DNA of 64,000 nucleotides. Source: Blastocystis sp. Blastoise. Its lineage: Eukaryota; Protista; Bigyra: Opalinata. How positions within the stretch are numbered: position 1 is the stretch's first letter; each line of letters begins with the position of its first letter. The DNA is taken from positions 62,001-126,000 of the forward strand of contig JBBPEB010000030.1 of assembly GCA_039096225.1 (NCBI GenBank), given 5' to 3'. Of this stretch, positions 30,506-51,199 are shown piece after piece. A model generated the notes under the pieces. It did not search any database. It had not been told where the DNA came from and worked only from the letters and a program-made list of their open reading frames with translations. A program made the position numbers and the translations under genes.

Positions 30506-32546
30506 TCAGAATATATCTCCCAATTCCAAATCAGACTCTAATTCTACAGCACAAGACTTTGAAATATCTATGTATATATATAAATAGTATAAAAAAGAAG
30601 AGTAGAATGTAAATAATAATGTAAATAATACTATTATATATATATATAATATATATACAAGTGACTTTAGGATGTTTGACCTGCGATGTATAAAGAGATG
30701 TCGAGCTATTTACTTGAGGAAGCGCGTGAAAGGTCTTCAGGGCTTTATATACAATTATTAATGAATAAGAACAAATAAGATATATATATTGGATAATTAA
30801 GAATAATAACTAAAAACAATTAAATAGTATAAAAAAATTATGGGTAATAAATAAAATTATAATAGTAATTCTAATTAAACACAATAAGCAGAATATTATA
30901 TTCTATATACAGTCAATTGTTTGTTTCATATTATCTAAGGCGTCCCCCTGTAGATTACCCTTACCAAGTGCTCCATTCTCAATGATGACGCGGCGTGAGT
31001 CATCAGAGATCCATTGAGGATATATAGGCGTGTCATATACCCAATAACTACTATATATATATTATAATAAAGAGAGATAATAAAGAAATAGTGAAATACT
31101 AAATATTTATATTACATATATATTATTTATATTACATATATATTATATATATTATATATATTATATATATACCATCCATTTCGTTGTTGTCGAATACTTC
31201 CTAATTTCTTCATCCAGTGAAGTACAGGGACGTTGTCGGGATGGATAACCGCCCCCAGATGACGAATACCGACCGACTGAGCGAACTATATATATATATT
31301 ATATATACATATACATATATAAAAAAAGAATCATAGAATAATAATATTAGGAACACATAAGTGTATAAATATAAATATATATATAAATATATATAAATAT
31401 ATATAAATATATATACGAAGGAGAGGAAATAGAGAAGACAAGATCCAATTCCTTCCCCGTGATATTTATCACAGACAATAGCAGCCCATTCGGCATATTC
31501 TGAATCAATTTCATCCTGAATCAGACGAACACTACCAATACCTATATATATATATATATAATTAGAATAGAAAATATATTATGAATAATATAATATACCT
31601 ATATAATAAGAAGATAATAATGTAGAATAAAATAATGATATAGAATATAATAGAATACAATAAAATAATGATATAGAATAATACACACTAGAATAGAATA
31701 ATATATATATATATATACCTTTCCACTCTCCATCGATTTTTGCGAGAGCGACAAAGGCGACGTGACGATCATAATCAATAACCGTCAGATAATCCAGAGC
31801 AGACTCCGACACTTTCTGAATAACACTGTTAAAACGGAAATTTAGAGATTTCTGAGACACTTGTCCTGCAGAAAGAACTAGATAAATAGATAAAGAATAC
31901 ATAATATAATTGATTCAAAAAATAAAGAATACATAATATAATTGATTCATAATATAAAGAATACATAATATAAGTGATTCAACAAATAAAGAATATATAA
32001 TATAATTGATTCATAAGATAAAGAATACATAATATAAGTGATTCATAAGATACATAATAGATAATATAATTGATTCATAAGATAAAGAATACATAATATA
32101 ATTGATTCATAATATAAAGAATACATAATATAATTGATTCAAAAAATAAAGAATAGAATCGATACATAATACATACCTTCTTTCATTCTAAGTTTATCAA
32201 CAGGGAGAATAGGTCTAATAAATATTTCTAATCCGTTTGGTAAAGTGAATTGAGCGCAGTATGACGCGAATGAGCTTGCCATATCTGCTTGAAGAAGAGC
32301 AACCGATTTTTCTGGATCTATTACACAATTTGTATTCTTTATAGCATTTTCATATGCATAGAATGGAGCTGATAACGGTGTATTAGGAGCACGGTTGCAA
32401 AACGTAGTCGTGGCTGCTAAAGGCGAAATACCTTGTTCATACTTGACATCACTGCATTTAGTTTTTCTTCCTATTTTCTGAGGACTGACTCTCAATCCTG
32501 TCTTTGCTTGAAGAAAAGCACTGATATTTCTCATAACATTATACAT
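30506..32546 (-). CDS. GNAT N-acetyltransferase resembling the bacterial Pat-type GNAT domain
   Basis: LPNGLEIFIRPILPVD, SLNFRF, YLTVIDYDRHVAFVA, AEWAAIVCDKYHGEGIGS, VIHPDNVPVL; 6 GT-AG introns. Confidence 0.85.
31890..32160. repeat. Intronic ~29-bp minisatellite
   Basis: TAAAGAATACATAATATAATTGATTCA repeated about 9 times. Confidence 0.9.
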
Positions 32547-32924
32547 CTTTATGTTGATATTTGATTTCTATGAATAAAACAATAATGAATGATGCTCAAT
32601 TTTGATATCTTTCCTTAGTAGTCAATACAACAAGTACTATAGACAAATAAAAAGTAATAAGAACAGTTTGCCATTCGCTATAATAAAAAACTATTGTGTT
32701 TCCGCCGGAAACTCAGAAAGTTCCAAGGGAATCGACCGAAATGTGACGTCATAATCCTTTTTATAGACGGTTCTACAAAAGGAGAAAACAGATAACAAAA
32801 ATAGTGATCAATCGAATTCTATGACACATATCCAAATTCCCTTGGTTAATCGTTGTTTTCATAAAATTGTCCTTTTTTATATATAGTTAGTAAATATATA
32901 GTTTTATTAGGTGGTAAATATTCT

Positions 32925-35342
<2,418 letters not shown>

Positions 35343-35668
35343 CTTCTTATTTATTCATAACTATTGTTTTGCTTTTTTGCTTATTTGTAAACATTTGTAA
35401 ACAATCCTTAGCAATACTTTTCACATTACAAATAAATCAATAGATCCATTTAAATAGCAATTCTTGTGAATTTCTTCAACGTAACTAGTACAAACACATC
35501 AAAAGAACATATATTTCTCGACAAAATAAAATTATTTGATAAAAAATTAAAATAGACAGTTTAATGAAGAAAAATTCACGGGGATTATCAATAATTAAAA
35601 AAAAGAAAATGTCCAAAAAAAGAAATATATTCTTTTCATAGAGATTCTTCACAGTATCATTCTATTCA

Positions 35669-36618
35669 ATGACTTGGTTCAATTGTGTTAACTGTTTATT
35701 CGCAGCTTTTGCTCCTATTGCTTTATATTCTAGAGGTACCGGATTAGCTCCAGAGATTTCGATTAATACTCATTATAAAACTTTATTCTTTTTTATTCTT
35801 ACTTTTGGAGTAAAATTTGCTTTAGAAGCTACTGTAGCTGATGGTAGTCATGAACTTGAATCATCAATCTTAAGTGATATTTTGGTTTCTTTTACTGGTT
35901 TGATTGATGTGCTTGGGATGTATTATCTTCTCGATAAGAGCAAGGGTGATGTCAATACTAGAATTCCAGTTTGTTCTATTGGTTGGATGTATGCTTCTAC
36001 TATATGTTCTAAGATGATTCCTATTATTGCTTACTCCAGAGCTCCTTCTGCTGATTCTTATTGGCTTATATTCAGTTTAAGATCTATTCCTCAATTAGTA
36101 TAGATCTATATATATATATATATTTCTTATTCTTAAATTATATAAAGATATGATTTAACATATAGACGAAAATAGATATATATTTATATAATTTGAATAT
36201 AATTATATCTTTGTTTTTCTATAGTTTTACACTCTTTCTTCTTTTTACTCTGTATTTATGGCTTTATGTACTAAAGGAAGAATGAATGTAACACATCTTC
36301 ATTTCATTCATTTATTATGTAACACATTCTATCCTACTCTTTTCAAGTATTTATTTAATTTTGATAAATTCTTATACTATTTTTATGTTTATATATATGA
36401 TATAGTATATTACATAACATTTATATATTTAATAGGAATAATGAATGTTTATTTAATATTGATAATAACATATATATTATAGGATTATTTTTGAACTGGT
36501 TCATATTGATGGTTGGATTAATCTTCTCCTTGATTCTATTTTCTCAATTGCTTTATACTTAGACACCAAGCATTATTATAATAAGATGATGAACTCTAAT
36601 GGTAAAAAGAAGAATTAA
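35669..36618 (+). CDS. TMEM147: TMEM147-like BOS complex subunit
   Basis: N-terminus MTWFNCVNC..AFAP..Y..TGL.E and DVLGMY, IGW motifs as in TMEM147; 2 introns. Confidence 0.8.
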
Positions 36619-37450
36619 AAAGAATTATCTATATATAAGGGGTTTAAAAACAGATTTTTATTTTATTTACAAAAAAAGTTGTTTTGTTAGAACAATTAAA
36701 GCAAGATTTTATAAACAAAGAAAAATGTATTTTTATTCTTTATCTCTTATAAAAAACTATTTATTATTTATAAAATATAATTTGAAATTATTATTACAAT
36801 TAAAATCAATAAAGCCATTTAATTATATATATATGAACCTTCAGTGTATAGATCAATACAACAATTCGCCATTTTTTTTTATCTAAAAAATCATTTTTCT
36901 ATTTTTATTTTAGATATAGTTTATAAAAAAGTTTAAAATTTTACATTCCTTTACAGTTAATAAATAAGTAAATGTCGAAAAACGTGTTTTAATTGTTTGT
37001 TTTTAAATTATAGATATAACTCGATCATTTTATTTATGATTTGTATATGAATGTCGGTATAAATAAACATACAAATATAAAATAAAAAAAAAAGAAATAA
37101 AATATTCTTATATCTATGGATATATAAAGAAAAACAAGTCAATTTATGGAAATAATTGCGATTACCGATTATTAAGGTAAAAAGAGACCATGGGGGTATT
37201 GAAGTTTTTACAAAAAATAGTAGAATTTATGCATATATTGAAAAATTACCCCTGGATTTTGAAGTTTATGTTTTATTCCTTGTTTTCTTTTTAACCATAA
37301 AGAATAGTTTTATTGACATCTATAGTCCTATTTATAACAATGGTATATAGTTATTCGCAACTAGTTATTAATAATATATCACATTCTATTGATTCTTGAT
37401 CTAAGTTCTCAATATATAAGAAAAGAAACATTTAATTGATTGATTAACTA

Positions 37451-38592
37451 ATGGCTAAGAAATCTCAGACTACAAAGGCTACTCCTGTTGCCCCTAAAAC
37501 TGAAGAAGTTAAGGAAAATCCTCTTTTCCCTAGCGAACCCCGTAATTTCAGAATCGGTGGTGCTATTAGACACAAGACCGATCTTTCCAGATACGTTAAA
37601 TGGCCTCGTTACGTTCAAATCCAAAGACAACGTAAGGTATGTTTCAGGCTTATTCATTTTCGTATTCTTTTATTCTATTATTTTTTAAATCTGTATTATG
37701 AAAGACATTTATCGATTGATTTTTATATAGATCCTTCAACAAAGACTGAAGTGTCCTCCTAATGTAACTCAATTCAAGCACAGTCTTAATAAGAACGAAG
37801 CTATACTTTTATTATAAATAATAGGGTTAATATATGATTTTTTAAAGTTAATATTCTTAATGAAAATTCATTATTTGATTTTTATAATTTATTACATATC
37901 AAAAAAATTTAAATAATTCTATATTTAATTAATTATATATGAATTTATAATATATTATATATAGCTCACGAACTTCTTCGTTTATTAAAGAACTATGTTC
38001 CTGAAACTGCTGCTGAAAAGAAGACTCGTTTAGTTGCTGCTGCTACTGCCAGAAAGGAAGGTAAGGAAGTTGTTGCTACTAAGAAGAACACCATCAAGTG
38101 TGGTCTTAAGCACGTCACCAAGCTTGTTGAAAAGAAACAAGCTAAACTCGTTGTCATTGCTGACGATTGTGATCCTCTTGAAGTATATATATATTCATTA
38201 TTGTACTATTTATATTATATACTGTATTAATTCTTATATATATATATATATATATCATTAATAATATAATATAATATTTTTTTATATAGGTTGTTGTCTG
38301 GCTTCCTATGCTCTGTCACAAGCTTGCTATCCCTTACTGTATTGTCAAGGGTAAGGCTCTCTTAGGTTCCCTCGTTCACCTTAAGAGTGCTTCTTGTATT
38401 GCTCTTACCAACGTTGAAGCTGCTGATGAAGCTACCCTTAAGTCCCTTCAAGATAGCTTCACTGCTAAATATGGTGATGATTCCAATCACCGTAAGTGGT
38501 CTGGTGGTGTCATGGGTCTCAAGACTCAACGTAAGCTTGAAATCCGTGCTGCTGCTGTTGCTGCTGAAAAGGCTAAGAAGGATAAGTATTAA
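37451..38592 (+). CDS. RPL7A: 60S ribosomal protein eL8 (L7a)
   Basis: DLSRYVKWPRYVQIQRQRK, RLKCPP, GLKHVT, IPYCIVKGKA; strong codon bias; intron 2 needs a CT donor as assembled. Confidence 0.98.
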
Positions 38593-39368
38593 GAAAAATA
38601 ATTTTTTTGAGTTTTTGGTCTGAAACGAATGTCAATAAATAATTTGCAGATAGTTTTGTTATTATAACCTATTTACAAGATGATTCTATTTTTTAAAAAT
38701 CAATCTATTTAGTACTGATGACATTTCAATGTCACATATATTTATTGTTAATAATAAAATTAGCTATATATTTTATGGTAAGAATCATTTATTATCTGAC
38801 TGTTCATAACAATAGTGAATACATTCTTTATTAAATGGATTATAGGGTCAATTTCTTTAAAAATTTAATTTTTCATTTATAATTTTTAAAATCAATTATA
38901 AATAGTTAAAAGATAATCATCTATAAGAATTAAGTTATGATATGAAACAGTGATAACTCGAATAAAAAAAGTAATTTCAATAGCTGAAAGCAAAAGAAAA
39001 TAATATAACAAATAATTTAGCATCATTGAAATCGAGACTTCTTATTGGCTTTCGCTCCCAAAACGATTATTTAGAATCAAAAGAAGAATTGTTGAGGGAG
39101 AATCGTTTTTTTCGTGAAAATAAACATAGAGAATTCCTAAGTCGACAATCATGTAGATAATTTATAAGTCAATTACTGGCGAAATGAGTCATCCTAAGTC
39201 GAGGGTAGGAATAAATCTTTAAGATGTGTCCCACGGTAATGAAAAGATATTGCAAGAAAAGTAGAGATTTTCCGTGGTTCTTTTTTAAGTATTAAATGAT
39301 TTCTAGATGTCGAAATGAAATCTAAAAATTTATTCTTTACATTATTATTTTATTATTGTTAACAAGCA

Positions 39369-40806
39369 ATGGATAGATTCGAAAAGGCTGTTAAGGCTGC
39401 TATTCCTAAGCCTGCCCTTATTTTAAAGAAAGGTCTTGCTAAATTTAAGACTATGACTTTCACTGAATTCAATGAAGAAGAATTCATGGATCAAGTCGCT
39501 CTTCTTACTCAAGATATTGATGATCAACTTGAATGGTATGAAGAAAAGGACGAAAGTTTTGAAGCTGAAGTCTTCCAAGCTATTAAGAAGGAAGATAAGG
39601 ATAAGATTAAGAAGAACGTATGTTGTTTTATATTATTATTAAATTCATTTGCTTTTTTAATTATTATTTATTTATATATATTTTAAAATAAATATTATTA
39701 TTATTATATAGGTTATTAAACATCTTGAATTACTTAACAACAAAGAAGTTCTTGAATTAATCAGACCTTATTGTGAAACTGTTATGTCTAACGCTGTATG
39801 TATTTTTTTTATAGAATTGTTGCTTGTGTTTTTAAATAAAACATCACTGATAATATATATATATTCTATAACGTAAAAAATATTTCTATAACTATTACTA
39901 ATATCTATATATATATAGAAGAAACTGAAGAAGAAGAAGGAACTTCCTGAAGAATGGGTTAAGGAAGTATCTACTCTCTGTTGGATTTCTTCTAAGATTC
40001 AAATTCCTGCTCTTCAAAGAGTTGCTGTTCAATTCAATTTAAAGTATGGTGAAAAATTCCAAAGTAAGATTGAAAAGAAGGCTAAGAATGTTGATGAAGA
40101 AGTTGTTAAGAAGTTTGATTACAAACCTGCTAAGCCTGAAATTAAGGATGCTACTGCTAAATTTAAGGAAGCTTGGGAACAAAGACAAAAGGAAATTGAA
40201 GAAGAACTTGCTGCTCTTGAAAAGGCTAAGGAAGAAGCTAGAAGAAAGTTAGAAGCTTCTAGTGATTCTGATTCCGATAGTGACTCCGATTCTGATAGAC
40301 CTAAGAAGTCTAAGAAACATAGTAAGAAGGTAGAATCTTCTTCTGATAGTGACTCTGATAGTTCTGAAGAAGAAAAACCTAAGAAGAAGGCTTCCAAGAA
40401 GGTTGATTCTGATAGTGATTCTGATTCTGATAGTTCTGAAGAAGAAAAGAAACCTGCTAAAAAGGCTGCTAAGAAAGTAGAATCTGATAGTGATTCTGAT
40501 TCTGATAGTTCTGAAGAAGAAAAGAAGCCTGCTAAGAAATCTTCTAAGAAACCCGCTAAGAAGGTCGAATCTAGTTCTTCTGAAAGTGAATCTGAATCTT
40601 CTGAAGAAGAAAAACCTAAGAAGAAGGCTTCCAAGAAATCCAAGAAGGAAGAATCTAGCTCTTCTGAAAGTGAATCTGAAGAAGAAGAAAAACCCAAGAA
40701 GAAGACTCCTAAAGCTACTCCCAAAGCTGAAGAACCTAAGCCTGCTGAAGTAAAACCCGCTGAAGAACCTAAGCCTGTTGAAGCCAAGCCTGCTGAAGCT
40801 AACTAA
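39369..40806 (+). CDS. IST1-like (ESCRT-III) domain fused to alternating Ser/Asp/Glu and Lys repeat tail
   Basis: LELIRPYCETVM..KELPEEWVKEVSTLCWISSKIQIPALQRVAVQFNLKYGEKF..NVDEEVVKKF matches the IST1 core; 2 introns. Confidence 0.75.
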
Positions 40807-41272
40807 ATAGTTTTATCTTAAATCATATATTATAATATGTTTTCTTAAGATATTTCTTTTTCTCTAAATAATTTGTATCATTTATTCAGAATAGTAATAT
40901 ATAATTTGAATTGCATTTCTATTTTTATTGTTTTGTTTTATTTATTTTTATTATATACTTTTATTTTTAATATTTGATTCAATTTAAATTGTACTATATA
41001 TACATGTTTTTATACTTATATTACTACTATACACAGTTGTATGATAAAAAGTTTAGATGTGTTTGGTTTTTTATATTCAGTAAAAGAGAGATTACATAAC
41101 ATAATAATAAAAAAAAACAAAACATTTTAATTAAAATCATAATTATTTTAAAATTATTTATTTTTCATTTTGTGTTTATAGATATATTAATAGAATAAAG
41201 AAATGCTATATATATTGTAATTAAAAAAAAGTGATGAATTTATGATGAATGAATATTAAAAAAAAAATAGAA

Positions 41273-42431
41273 TTATTCAGAATCAGCCTTTTGCCAAACA
41301 GTACCATAAGGTAAATATTCAAGATTATATTTTCTACGAAGTAAATCGTTATGTTCACCAATAAATAAAGTCTCATCCTTTTCATGATCTGTAATTTTAT
41401 GATCACACTTAGCAGGATTACCACACCAATACTATAAAAATATATTATTATTATATTATATTAAAAATAATAATAAATTTATATTAATAATAAAGAATAT
41501 ATATATCTTTAAATAATACAAATAGGCAAAAAATATCTTACATTGAAATTGTTAAAAAAAAATCATATATATACTTCATTAGGACCAACTTTAGTACCTT
41601 GAGAAACAACGCTACCATCAGCAATAATAGCACCATCAGCAACTTCAACACCATCTAAAACAATAGCCTTATCTCCAATAGAACATTGATTACCTATATT
41701 ACAGCCAGTAAGAATAGCACCCTTACCAATATATATACATATATAATAAATAAAATATATAATATAATATGATAAATAAAATATATAATATAATATGATA
41801 AATAAAATATATAATATAATATGATAAATAATAATAAATAAAAACATATTACACAAAGTTATAAACACATAAGTATAAGAATATATATATATATATATAC
41901 CAATTTGAGTATTGTTTCCAATAGTAACAGAACCTGGTAAGTTTTCATAACCTATTTTAACAGAAGAGACTACAGCATTATCCATAATAGAACTGTCATG
42001 ACCAATAGTAACTGAATTATCTTCTCCTAAACAAATATTGAATATATTATCAATATTTAAAATATTATTGTATATCAATATAATCAATTTAAATAATATA
42101 TATATTCATAGAATCAAAGACAAATAAAATTTAAAATAATACATAAAACAATTACCTTTGACAACAGCACCAAACCAAATTTGAGAAGCATTAGCTAAGC
42201 TTACATCACCGATAACAACAGCGTTAGTAGCTACAAAACTGTTGACATCAATCTTAGCACGTTTATCACCAACCTTAATTTGATTTCTACATCTAGAAAC
42301 AGTAGAGAAAGAAACTGCAGAAGAACTGCGAATTCCAGAAAAACATAATTGAGAAACAGATTTCAAAGCCTAAATAGAGTAAACAGTTTTTATATGTTAG
42401 CAAAAAATACAACTGAAGAAGTACTAAGCAT
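41273..42431 (-). CDS. Gamma carbonic anhydrase-like hexapeptide-repeat protein (likely mitochondrial complex I subunit)
   Basis: FVATNAVVIGDVSL..SQIWFGAVVKGE, IGKGAILTGCNIG, YWCGNPAK; Ser/Arg-rich presequence; 4 introns. Confidence 0.9.
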
Positions 42432-42783
42432 TCTGAATTGTAGGATATATATAAATTCAACAAAAGTTAAAAGGATTCTCCTTTTGTATAAAGAAAAAGT
42501 ATAAATTGTCCTTTTTCTCACAAATTAGCGTCAATTACGGAGAAAAATACTCCATGACCAAATTCTTACAAATAACCGCGAATGTCCTGTTTCTCGTCTT
42601 TTATTGTTATAGATTAATATTTATCACATCTTATTGGACAAATCTGACTTTTATTTTTGGGTTCTTCCGTTATTTGGAAGAAATCCAGATTTCTTTGAAA
42701 AACAACAAAATAATTACAGAAATTGGAAATGAAAACTTACTTTCTTCAAAAAAAATATTAATTTTTGTTGTTGTATATATACG

Positions 42784-43717
42784 ATGAAGTTTACTTATTT
42801 AGTTGCTTTTTGTATTATTGCTTTACTTGCTGTTGAAGCTCGTTCTAAGAAACCTGTTAGAGAACCTAAAGTTACCAACAAGGTCTACTTTGATATTGAA
42901 ATTGATGGCGAAGCTGCTGGAAGAATTGTTTTTGGTTTATATGTTTATTATTTTTTTAGTATTTTTTTTTTCCTTTTTTACATATATATAAATGATATAT
43001 GATGTTAAATATTTTTTTTTAAACTAATGATTCATTAAGAAGTATTGTATCTTATGAATAATTTATAGATATGGTAAGACTGTTCCTAAGACTGTCGAAA
43101 ACTTCCGTGCTCTCTGTACTGGTGAAAAGGGTATTGGTAAATCTGGTAAGCCTCTTCATTACAAAGGTTCTATTTTCCACAGAATTATTCCTAACTTCAT
43201 GCTTCAAGGTGGTGATTTCACTAATGGTAATGGTACTGGTGGTGAATCTATTTATGGTGAAAAATTCGCTGATGAAAACTTTAAGATTAAACACACTCGT
43301 CCTGGTCTTTTATCTATGGCTAATGCTGGTCCCAATACCAATGGATCTCAATTCTTTATTACTACTGTATACTTTTTGCTTTTATTAATCTATTTATTTA
43401 ATTGATATATTATATATTTGATTTTAATAGTTTATTGATTTTATTGATATATTGTATATTTGATTTTGTCTATATATATATATATTCTTTTATTAAAATA
43501 TATATATATATTTATGTGAATCTATTAGTTTGTTCAATTTATAGATAAATTTAATATTTGTTCTATTTATATGTCTATATTATTTATAGGTTAAGACTCA
43601 ATGGTTAGATGGTAAGCATGTTGTCTTTGGTACCGTTCTTGAAAATATGGATCTCGTTAAGAAGATCGAAGCTCTTGGCTCTCAATCTGGTGCTCCTAAG
43701 GCGTATGATATTTATTG

Positions 43718-43751
<34 letters not shown>

Positions 43752-43827
43752 CATATTATTATTATTATTATATAGTCATATCGTTATTGCTGATTCTGGT
43801 GAACTCGCTATGGAAGAAAGCAACTAA
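42784..43827 (+). CDS. PPIB: ER cyclophilin (peptidyl-prolyl isomerase B type)
   Basis: Signal peptide, [56 protein letters not shown]. Confidence 0.95.
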
Positions 43828-44334
43828 ACTAATTATTAAACGATGCCTACTATGTTTTTGTTTGATTTATATGTATCATGTTTTTATATTTTATGAACTA
43901 TAATGTATATTATGATATTTATGAATAATAGAATTGAGTACATAACAGCCATAGATTATAATATTTATAAGAGAATCAATGAATAGAATTAGAATTAATG
44001 AATACCAAAGATATTCGAAATCAGGGTTTATCACCAATAGTCTCTAAGAGGAAAAACGTTCCTAGAAGAACTAGTTTTATGTTATGTTTTAGGCTCTCAG
44101 GATGTAATAAAACATTTTCGTGTAGAAACCTATTGAAAAAAATAGTTTAGCAAACACCAATTTTAAGATATTAATATGAAATACTAACAAAAGAAAATGG
44201 TTTTTATAAATTAATAAAGGAAAAGTTTTTGATTGGTAGATTTTCTAAACTGAGATTATTCGAGATACTTGATCCTTGAAATAGAAATACAGATTGTTTA
44301 TTTGAAAAATAGTGATAACTTGTACTATTTGCAA

Positions 44335-49119
<4,785 letters not shown>

Positions 49120-49280
49120 TATATATAAATCACATGTAATTCATGTCTAAAAACATATTTTATTTGTTTTGCTTGAAATTCTTACAGAATAGGTTGCTTT
49201 CATTTTTAAAAATATGATATATTAATAAATAACAAAAAAAAGGAATTATTCTGAAAATAAATAATATAAATAATAAATGA

Positions 49281-49851
49281 TTACAATGGAGATAGCAAGG
49301 AATCTTTAGAATGTAAAAATGTATATAAACCTAAACAATGTTTGAAATATTGAAATGAAGTATCAATATTTGTCAGTTTATATACTGTTAACTCTGATGA
49401 ATTCGAAGGGAAATGCAATATATAAGCATCTTTCACTTGTTTCTATATATATATATAATTGATTATGCTATATAAAGTTTATTATTCATAGAATGATAGA
49501 GAATAGAGTAATATACCTGATTAGAACTCATCTCATTATATGCTTCGACATAAGCAGCCACTAATTATATATATATATATATGAAAAAAAGAAAGAAATA
49601 GAAATATATATATATAAGACTAAATAGATTACATTGAAATGTCATAGTTTCAACGACTGTTTTCCCTGTTTTAAAATCAATAATAACAGGATTTTGATCT
49701 ATTTATATATATATATATATATATAGAGGGAAAAAAATGATTTATTGATTTATAGAGTAAAACTTTACTATTTATATAAATATATATAATATACTTTTAT
49801 CGAAACCAATAGCATCAATATATCCACAGTACTTATACCTATATACAGAAA

Positions 49852-49887
<36 letters not shown>

Positions 49888-50788
49888 TTGCTGCTATTAA
49901 CATATACATTAAGATCTGTAAATGTAAATTGTTCCTTTTGAATCCATATATCTAGATTATTAAGCATGACTTCTGATGACGCACTTAGAGAAGGAGGTAA
50001 CGTCTATAATTAACAATAGAAGAAGGTCAAGAATAAATTATATATATATATAATAATAAATAATTATATATATATTATAATAATACTAATATATATACAT
50101 AATAATAAATTATTATATATATAATAATAATAATACAATAATAATAGAAAAATACTAAAAAACACTAAAAAAGAATATATAATTATTTTTATAATTAACA
50201 CCTACAGATTTTGATAATTTTTTATCTATTAGACTATGTGATTGATTGCCCCATGAAGATGCCTTCTTACGTACTAAAAATATTATTAGTATAAAAATAC
50301 TATTTGTATAAAAACATTATTTGTATAAAAATATAATTAGTATAAAAACATTATTTGTATAAAAATATAATTAGTATAAAAACATATTTGTATAAAAATA
50401 TAATTAGTATAAAAACATTATTTGTATAAAAATATAGCATACTTTGTTCAGGAGCTTTTCTAGCATTAGTTTCTATCGCCTTTAGAGTCTCTTGAGATAT
50501 AGATCCATTTTTCTAATATTTAATGTTATTAAGAAAAGCATCTACATACTAATTCTGTTTTTAGAGATTCAATAAAAGTTTTCAAAATGAGGTTTCCCTC
50601 CCATCGAATTACTCCTAATAGATATTACTTATAAGACTTCTTCTAATTACCAGAATTCATTGTTTCTGAGATAATTGCAGTGACAGATGGATATGATATT
50701 TTCTTAACAGCATAGGATCGATATCTAATTTTTAGAAATCATAAAATAAGACGTTATTCTTATACAATAATTTGGCGGATGTGAACAT
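49281..50788 (-). CDS. MGME1-like PD-(D/E)XK exonuclease, 10 small exons, absent from the ORF track
   Basis: Manual splicing of 9 GT-AG introns gives an open frame with YPSVTAII, WGNQSH, YCGYIDAIG, VIIDFKTGK, QLAAYVEAYN. Confidence 0.85.
50275..50436. repeat. Intronic minisatellite
   Basis: TTAGTATAAAAACATTATTTGTATAAAAATATAA repeated about 4-5 times. Confidence 0.85.
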
Positions 50789-51199
50789 CTAGTTTAGAAA
50801 TTCTTAGAATATATATTAACAAGGAATTAAATAAATAACAACTATGAATATTATAGTTTAAACAGCTTTTAAACTGTATCTGTAATAATAACAAAAAAGA
50901 AATAGATTGCTTGTTTCGTTCACTATATTAATATATCTGTGAAATATGAAACTACAATAAACAAATAGACTATGAGACATAAACACTTTTTATTCAAATA
51001 TACTTGTGAACCAAGACATTTATGATACTAATCTCGTGTATTAACTTGTTATTTATAATAAGAATGATAATGTCATAGTTATATTAGTTCTATTAATGTA
51101 TATATAAATTTTACTTTATTTATATATTCAATATCAGTTTAGAAATATAAAAAATGATATACAAATATTCTTCTGTTGTCTATTAACAGTCACATAAAG

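Noticed and set aside
40119-40787. Antisense and alternate-frame ORFs over highly biased genes (also 37448-37657, 43052-43294, 54685-54903)
   Set aside because: Shadows of codon bias and repeats in the real CDS
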